DNA of 64,000 nt, taken from Candidatus Zixiibacteriota bacterium (GTDB lineage: Bacteria; Zixibacteria; MSB-5A5; GN15; JAAZOE01). The position numbers and the translations under genes were made by a program. Where the stretch lies: positions 96,001 through 160,000 of the forward strand of contig JBDREQ010000073.1 of NCBI GenBank assembly GCA_043819555.1, written 5' to 3'. The notes beneath the pieces are model-generated. The model saw only the letters and a list, made by a program, of their open reading frames with translations. It did no database searches and was not told where the DNA came from. Shown piece after piece: positions 58,901 through 64,000 of the stretch (the stretch's first letter is position 1; every line of letters starts with the position of its first letter).

Positions 58901-60268
58901 TTATTGATAAAAAGGAAGTACCTTAACCTCGCCGTATTTTTCCAATTGCGGAAGTACTTCTTCGGCATTCCCAATAAGAACCAACCTATAATTTTCCAGC
59001 GGGAAATTATCTTTGGCCGCCTTCATTAAAGATTCAGTTGTAACCTTTTTGAAAGATTCTTGATAGTCCTCATAGTAGGATTTATTAAGTTCATAGATCC
59101 ACAGATTTAGGTATTTAGAAGATATTGCTTCATTGGTTTCGAAACCTAATGGATATAGGCCATTACGGTATCTGATTATCCCATTCAATTCGTCATCGGT
59201 CAAGGGGATAGTTTTGATTTTTTGTGTTTCATTAAAAATTATATCAAGGACTTCACTGACAGAGGCGTTTTTAGTAAAGGTCGAAACGTACAGGATTCCA
59301 GCGTCAGAAAACCTGGAAGATCTCAAACTAACGCCATAAGTTAATCCGCGTTTTACGCGAATTTCATCGACCAGTCGGGATGTAAATGATCCAGCAAAAA
59401 TGGTCTGTGCGGCGTCAAACGGAATGCGGTCCGGAGCGTCCATACCGGGTCCGTTGGCTCCGAATCTAATTTGGGTCTGGCTGGCATCTTCCTTGTCGTA
59501 GAGAATGATTTCCATACCTTTTGTTTTCTCAAAATCTGCCTTGACAGCGGGAAGTATTTTTTTGCCCTTCCAATTACTAAAATACTTCTGGCACCATTGT
59601 GTGATCATCTCCGCGCTAATATCTCCGCAAATAATAAGCAGGCAATTATCCGGCGTATAGGCATTCTTATAAAAATCAAGGACAGCTTCGCGTTTGATGC
59701 CTGAAACCATAACCGGGTTCCCCGAGGGAATATGAGCAAAAGGACTTTCAGTCAGAATGAAATTAAAAATATGTTCAGTGGCCATACTTGATGCGTCTTC
59801 TAATCGGCTCTGAAGGTTGGCAATTGTGCGAGTTTTTGTTTTGGTAAATTCTTCTTCAGTGAATGAAGAATTTAAAACGATATCGGCCAGTATTTCTATT
59901 GCCGATTGGCCATATTCCGATAAAAATTCTCCGGAAAAACCGCTCATTTCACGCCCGCAATAATTGCTCAAAGAACCGCCCTGAAACGATATTTCTTCGG
60001 CTAATTCCTGGGCCGTGCGAGTCTGAGTCCCTCGCATCATCATCTCATTGCATAAATTTGCCAGACCAAATTTGCCATCGGGGTCATGTATTGATCCGCA
60101 GCGAAATCCAAAATCCAGTGAAAATAATGGTAAATTGTGCCGTTCAATGACAAGAATTTGCATACCATTATCAAGTTTTATTGATTTTGACTCAGGGAGA
60201 TTTATCCTTGCAGCGATTGGTGCGCCAAGAATTAATATAGCCGCGCAATAGATGATTAACTTTCTCAT
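58901..60268 (-). CDS. M16 peptidase, non-catalytic subunit
   Basis: M16 fold with HxxEH replaced by NLCNEM; SRLVDEIRVKRGLTY retained. Confidence 0.88.
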   Translation of the reverse strand: MRKLIIYCAAILILGAPIAARINLPESKSIKLDNGMQILVIERHNLPLFSLDFGFRCGSIHDPDGKFGLANLCNEMMMRGTQTRTAQELAEEISFQGGSLSNYCGREMSGFSGEFLSEYGQSAIEILADIVLNSSFTEEEFTKTKTRTIANLQSRLEDASSMATEHIFNFILTESPFAHIPSGNPVMVSGIKREAVLDFYKNAYTPDNCLLIICGDISAEMITQWCQKYFSNWKGKKILPAVKADFEKTKGMEIILYDKEDASQTQIRFGANGPGMDAPDRIPFDAAQTIFAGSFTSRLVDEIRVKRGLTYGVSLRSSRFSDAGILYVSTFTKNASVSEVLDIIFNETQKIKTIPLTDDELNGIIRYRNGLYPLGFETNEAISSKYLNLWIYELNKSYYEDYQESFKKVTTESLMKAAKDNFPLENYRLVLIGNAEEVLPQLEKYGEVKVLPFYQ

Positions 60269-61590
60269 TGCCCACCTCCTTCCGGGATCAATACCGCCAG
60301 AGTGGAATTATTTTTCGTAAAATATCTTCCGGCAACTTTTTTGACTTCATCTGCAGTGACCGCTTTAACCTTATCGACAAAACCATACATCGTTTTCCAA
60401 TCGCCATAAAGGCTATGGTAGTATCCAATTTCATGGGCGATGTCGTTATTAGTTTTATAGTTTTTGTAAAAATTGGCGGTGAGAGTGTTTTTTGCTTTTT
60501 CCATTTCCTCTTCATTCGGTCCATTGGTTATAAAATCGGTCAGAATCGAATCAATGGCGATTTCGATCGGTTCGTATCCTTTGTTTGGTGATATGGCAAA
60601 ATAAAAATAAAAGAGGGAAGGGTCATATCCCCATTCAAAGCCGCCATACATTCCCGTAATCAATTCCAAATCGTTTATCAGGGCCTGTTGCATCCGACTG
60701 GATTCACCGGTTGTCAAAATTGATTGCAGGACTTCCAGGGCATAAAGATCGGGACTATCCTTATCGCAAACATGATAGCCTAGCATTAGGTGAGAATGGC
60801 TTGCCGGATTTCTAATTATTACTTTGCGCTGCCCCCTCTGTTCAGGTTCGTTTTTTATTACGGGGGGAGGCGGAGGCCCGGAGGGTATGTCTTTATAGTA
60901 ATCCTCAATTAGTTTAATAGCCTTGTCCGTTTCGAAATCTCCGGAAATTACCAGGACGGCATTATTAGGCGCATAAAATGTCGAGTGGTATAACAGGCAA
61001 TCTCCTCGAGTAATACTATTGAGATCTTCCATCCAGCCGACAATTGGCCAGCTATATGAGTGAGCCTTGTAGGCGGAAGAAAAAAGTTCTTCGTAGAGTA
61101 AACCTGTATTGTCGTTATCAATGCCGACACGGCGTTCTTCCTTAACAACCCCGATTTCCGATGCCAGCATCTCCGGTTCAAAGGCAAGATTCGCCATCCG
61201 ATCAGATTCCATATCAATGACAAGTTCCAAAATGTCAGAAGAGAAGTTCTGATAATAGGCTGTCATATTTTTTGAGGTATAGGCATTGGAATACCCGCCA
61301 TTTCGCTCCAAAGTCAAATCAAACATTTTGGGTCCGTATCGTTTGGCGCCGTTAAACATCATATGCTCAAAAAAGTGGCTGATACCGGTGATGCCGGGCC
61401 GCTCATTGCGCGAACCTACTTTAAAAAAAGTGTAAGTGGATATTATCGGAGCAGTATGATTTTCGTATAGCAGGACGGTCAAACCGTTGGCAAGTTTGTG
61501 TTCGGTCACATCAAGATTAAATTCCGCCAATATCGGAGATGCCGCAAAAAGCGCAATTAAGAAAATCATTGATATTTTGTAAAGCTTCAA
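60265..61590 (-). CDS. M16 zinc peptidase, catalytic subunit
   Basis: GISHFFEHMMF, NAYTS, VVKEERR; signal peptide; 4-nt overlap with its partner. Confidence 0.92.
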   Translation of the reverse strand: MKLYKISMIFLIALFAASPILAEFNLDVTEHKLANGLTVLLYENHTAPIISTYTFFKVGSRNERPGITGISHFFEHMMFNGAKRYGPKMFDLTLERNGGYSNAYTSKNMTAYYQNFSSDILELVIDMESDRMANLAFEPEMLASEIGVVKEERRVGIDNDNTGLLYEELFSSAYKAHSYSWPIVGWMEDLNSITRGDCLLYHSTFYAPNNAVLVISGDFETDKAIKLIEDYYKDIPSGPPPPPVIKNEPEQRGQRKVIIRNPASHSHLMLGYHVCDKDSPDLYALEVLQSILTTGESSRMQQALINDLELITGMYGGFEWGYDPSLFYFYFAISPNKGYEPIEIAIDSILTDFITNGPNEEEMEKAKNTLTANFYKNYKTNNDIAHEIGYYHSLYGDWKTMYGFVDKVKAVTADEVKKVAGRYFTKNNSTLAVLIPEGGGQ

Positions 61591-61775
61591 AGAAAACCTC
61601 CTTGATTATTGAATGAAGAATAAGTTATTTTCCTATTTTGTTAAAATAAGATACTCAAATTTTGCTTGACCCGAAAGTGAAAAAGGTCTATTTAACAATT
61701 CTTACGTTAAGTATATAAACTTGTTGCATGTTTGACAGGAACCAATTTGGACACGGTCAAGTATAATAAGCAATT

Positions 61776-62294
61776 ATGAAAAATTGGGTAATTCAAATAC
61801 TGTTTATTCTTCTGCTATCGGCGGTTCTGGCGGGCGCCATCAATAGCTTTCGAAATGATGGAATATCATTTATCGGCAATTGGCCTTCCCGGACTGCTCA
61901 AGCCGGCGAGATGATAGTACCCCCATCAGCGGCAGAGGGCGACCCGCCTTATATTTCTCTGGATGAGGCAGTCGCTTTATACCAAATGGCGAATAATATA
62001 TTCATAGACGCGCGCGATTCTGAGGATTTTGAATTTGCCCATATCAGGAGAGCCATAAATATCCCCTTTGATTATCTTGATGAACACTGGGAAGGTGTTA
62101 TTGCCGGAATGGATAAATCCGCGCAATATATAATTTATTGCAGTGGCAGCGAATGCGAATCGTCATTATTCCTCGGCCGGTATTTTCGTGATGAACAATT
62201 TTCTCATATCAGAATATTTTACGGCGGTTGGGGTGAATGGGAAGCCAACGATCTCCCGATAGTGACTGAATCAAGCAATGGTGAAAACCAATGA
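61776..62294 (+). CDS. Membrane-anchored rhodanese-domain protein
   Basis: FIDAR, HIRRAINIP, YCSGSEC active-site loop, GGWGEW. Confidence 0.88.
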   Translation: MKNWVIQILFILLLSAVLAGAINSFRNDGISFIGNWPSRTAQAGEMIVPPSAAEGDPPYISLDEAVALYQMANNIFIDARDSEDFEFAHIRRAINIPFDYLDEHWEGVIAGMDKSAQYIIYCSGSECESSLFLGRYFRDEQFSHIRIFYGGWGEWEANDLPIVTESSNGENQ

Positions 62295-62746
62295 GAAAAT
62301 TCCTTTCCAATGATTTTGTTACAATGGTTTGTAGACTTTTATTCGGCGGCATTTTTATATATGCCTCGTTGGATAAGATTACTAATCCTGATCAATTCGC
62401 GCGCATCGTCTATAATTATCATCTTTTACCAGGTTCACTGGTAAATGCGGCTGCCTTAATCCTCCCGTTGAGTGAATTTATCGCGGGTCTATTTTTAATA
62501 TTGGGGATTTTTTACAAGGGAAGCCGCAATTATCTTCTCATTTTGATGATTGTATTTATGATAGCCATAAGCATCAATATTTTTAGAGGCGTAAATCTTG
62601 AGTGTGGGTGTTTTTCCGTCAGCTCCAAAGCAAAATCTCACGGTCTTTATTTAATTTTACGTGATGTAGCCTACCTGATACCCGGAATCGTCCTAATGTT
62701 CTCGAGAAGCGTTAGATGGATGTTACAAACGCCTTCGCGGAACTAA
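62291..62746 (+). CDS. MauE/DoxX family membrane protein
   Basis: FIYASLDKI, RGVNLECGCF, ILRD. Confidence 0.85.
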   Translation: MRKFLSNDFVTMVCRLLFGGIFIYASLDKITNPDQFARIVYNYHLLPGSLVNAAALILPLSEFIAGLFLILGIFYKGSRNYLLILMIVFMIAISINIFRGVNLECGCFSVSSKAKSHGLYLILRDVAYLIPGIVLMFSRSVRWMLQTPSRN

Positions 62747-62749
62747 TTC

Positions 62750-64000
62750 TCAATCAATTATCCGCGGCGTCAAAAGAATCAGCAAATCAGTTGTCTTAGT
62801 TTCTTTCGTCTTATGAGTAAAGAGCGACCCCAAAAATGGTATTTCGCTGAGAAGAAATATTTTGGAATGATTCTCGATTTGAGTTTCTTTGAGCAGTCCG
62901 CCCAAGGCAATTGTCTCATTATTTTTTACTGTTACGGTGGTTATAACAGATCTCTGAGAAGTAATCGGCTTCTGATTGTCAGCCGGTCCGGTATATCCTA
63001 TGATTTCTTCGACGACAGGATGGACCTGCATTGTAATCGTTGAGTCATTATTTATTCGAGGCGTGACTTCAAGGGATATTCCAATCCGCTCATCCTGAAA
63101 AGTGACGATATCCTGAATTACTGCGCCTTCTGAAAAACGATTAATCGTTTGAATCGGTATAATTGTTTCGATATCAATTTTGGCCGGTTCATTATCCAGC
63201 GTGGTTACGCGGGGATTTGATAAAAGCTTGGCGTTATTTCTCTGCTGCAAATAATCAATAACCAGATCCATTTGATGAATTGACAAATGCCCCAATTGCC
63301 AATTGCCATTTTCCAAAGGCATTGTAGCCGCCAGCGTAGAGTTGTCTGATGAGGATAAATCCTGCTGACCGGGAGAGGATACGCCGCTAATAGAGGCCGA
63401 GATGGATTTCGGCCAGTTGATTCCCAGCTTTTCATCATCAGTTAAATTAGTTTCGATGATTTTCGCCTCGACCGTGATTTGGCGTCTTCTGACATCAATT
63501 TGTTCCAGTAAAACTTCTATTAATTTATGATTTTCAGGTGCGTCAAAAACTACAAGGTCATAAGCTTTAATTTTCGTGCTGGAAGCATCCTCTTTGGGAG
63601 GTGGAGCTAACGGGATTATTTTGCCATGTCCTGATTTAAGAGGTTCTATCGCGGCGGCGGCGGCTTCAGCCGATATGAACTTCAACTTGTAAGTCTTGGC
63701 AATATTTTCGCCCGCGACCTGCTTATCTGCCTTTTTTACAATAATGACATTTTCGCTGAAATAATAATTAAGACCGTTCGGCAGAAGTATTGCATCCAGT
63801 GCAGTACCCAATCCAACATCATTAATATGAATAGAGATATTTTCTTCAATATCTGATGAAACCACCAGATTGAGATCATTTTGCGCCGCCAGCATTTTTA
63901 AGACCGTGCCAATTGGCGTATCATCGAAGTTAAGACTGACTCGGGCATTGGGGTCAAAATTGTTTGGCCAACCGCCAAGCGAGAAGACAAGTAAAAGAAC
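62750..64000 (-). CDS. Secretin (PilQ/GspD family), 5'-partial
   Basis: QITVEAKIIE, LGINW, LSNPRVTTLDNEPA, GISLEVTPRI, IPFLGSLF, LLILLTPRI. Frame stays open to base 64000 (VLLLVFSLGG...VSLNFDDTPI). Confidence 0.92.
   Translation of the reverse strand, partial: VLLLVFSLGGWPNNFDPNARVSLNFDDTPIGTVLKMLAAQNDLNLVVSSDIEENISIHINDVGLGTALDAILLPNGLNYYFSENVIIVKKADKQVAGENIAKTYKLKFISAEAAAAAIEPLKSGHGKIIPLAPPPKEDASSTKIKAYDLVVFDAPENHKLIEVLLEQIDVRRRQITVEAKIIETNLTDDEKLGINWPKSISASISGVSSPGQQDLSSSDNSTLAATMPLENGNWQLGHLSIHQMDLVIDYLQQRNNAKLLSNPRVTTLDNEPAKIDIETIIPIQTINRFSEGAVIQDIVTFQDERIGISLEVTPRINNDSTITMQVHPVVEEIIGYTGPADNQKPITSQRSVITTVTVKNNETIALGGLLKETQIENHSKIFLLSEIPFLGSLFTHKTKETKTTDLLILLTPRIID

Noticed and set aside
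58901..60268. M16 gene lacking HxxEH as a pseudogene or novelty
   Set aside because: Active/inactive heterodimeric M16B pairs are well known, and the ORF is intact.

Overview
Gene-dense, moderately AT-rich core chromosomal segment of a diderm bacterium. Placement in the FCB group (Zixibacteria-like) is an inference from lapA/lapB, the NYPNPFNP...SGIY C-terminal domains, DUF2723 and the bS22-type ribosomal peptide. Housekeeping content: tRNA-Phe and tRNA-Thr, an EF-G2 paralogue, lapA-lapB-SPOR-mutS-mutL-miaA, mltD-sppA, HU/IHF plus an unannotated bS22, purD-purE, a CIRCE-controlled hrcA-grpE-dnaK-dnaJ-prmA-rsmE run continuing into pilD, a PAS kinase, efp, rnhC and an eIF-2B-like gene, an FMN-riboswitch ribD-E-BA-H-nusB operon, an M16 peptidase pair, rhodanese-MauE and a secretin cut by the window edge. 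I saw no mobile element, prophage or CRISPR array. The most interesting signals are regulatory or envelope related: (1) two near-consensus sigma54 promoters with enhancer palindromes and IHF-like sites, driving uncharacterised lipoprotein genes including an Fn3-lipoprotein / DUF4384-PEGA-basic tail / small Ca-loop trio; (2) a TMEM260-like (DUF2723)-GT4-flippase glycosylation locus; (3) several apparent pseudo-enzymes (PrsW-like without EE, GAF sensor without His or HATPase); (4) a 62-aa ORF with a C-terminal clamp-binding-like QETLF motif behind a switch-like leader; (5) a CsrA-type leader on mltD; (6) an ECF-type promoter on a three-repeat secreted protein. All family calls come from motif recognition by eye; no database search was run.
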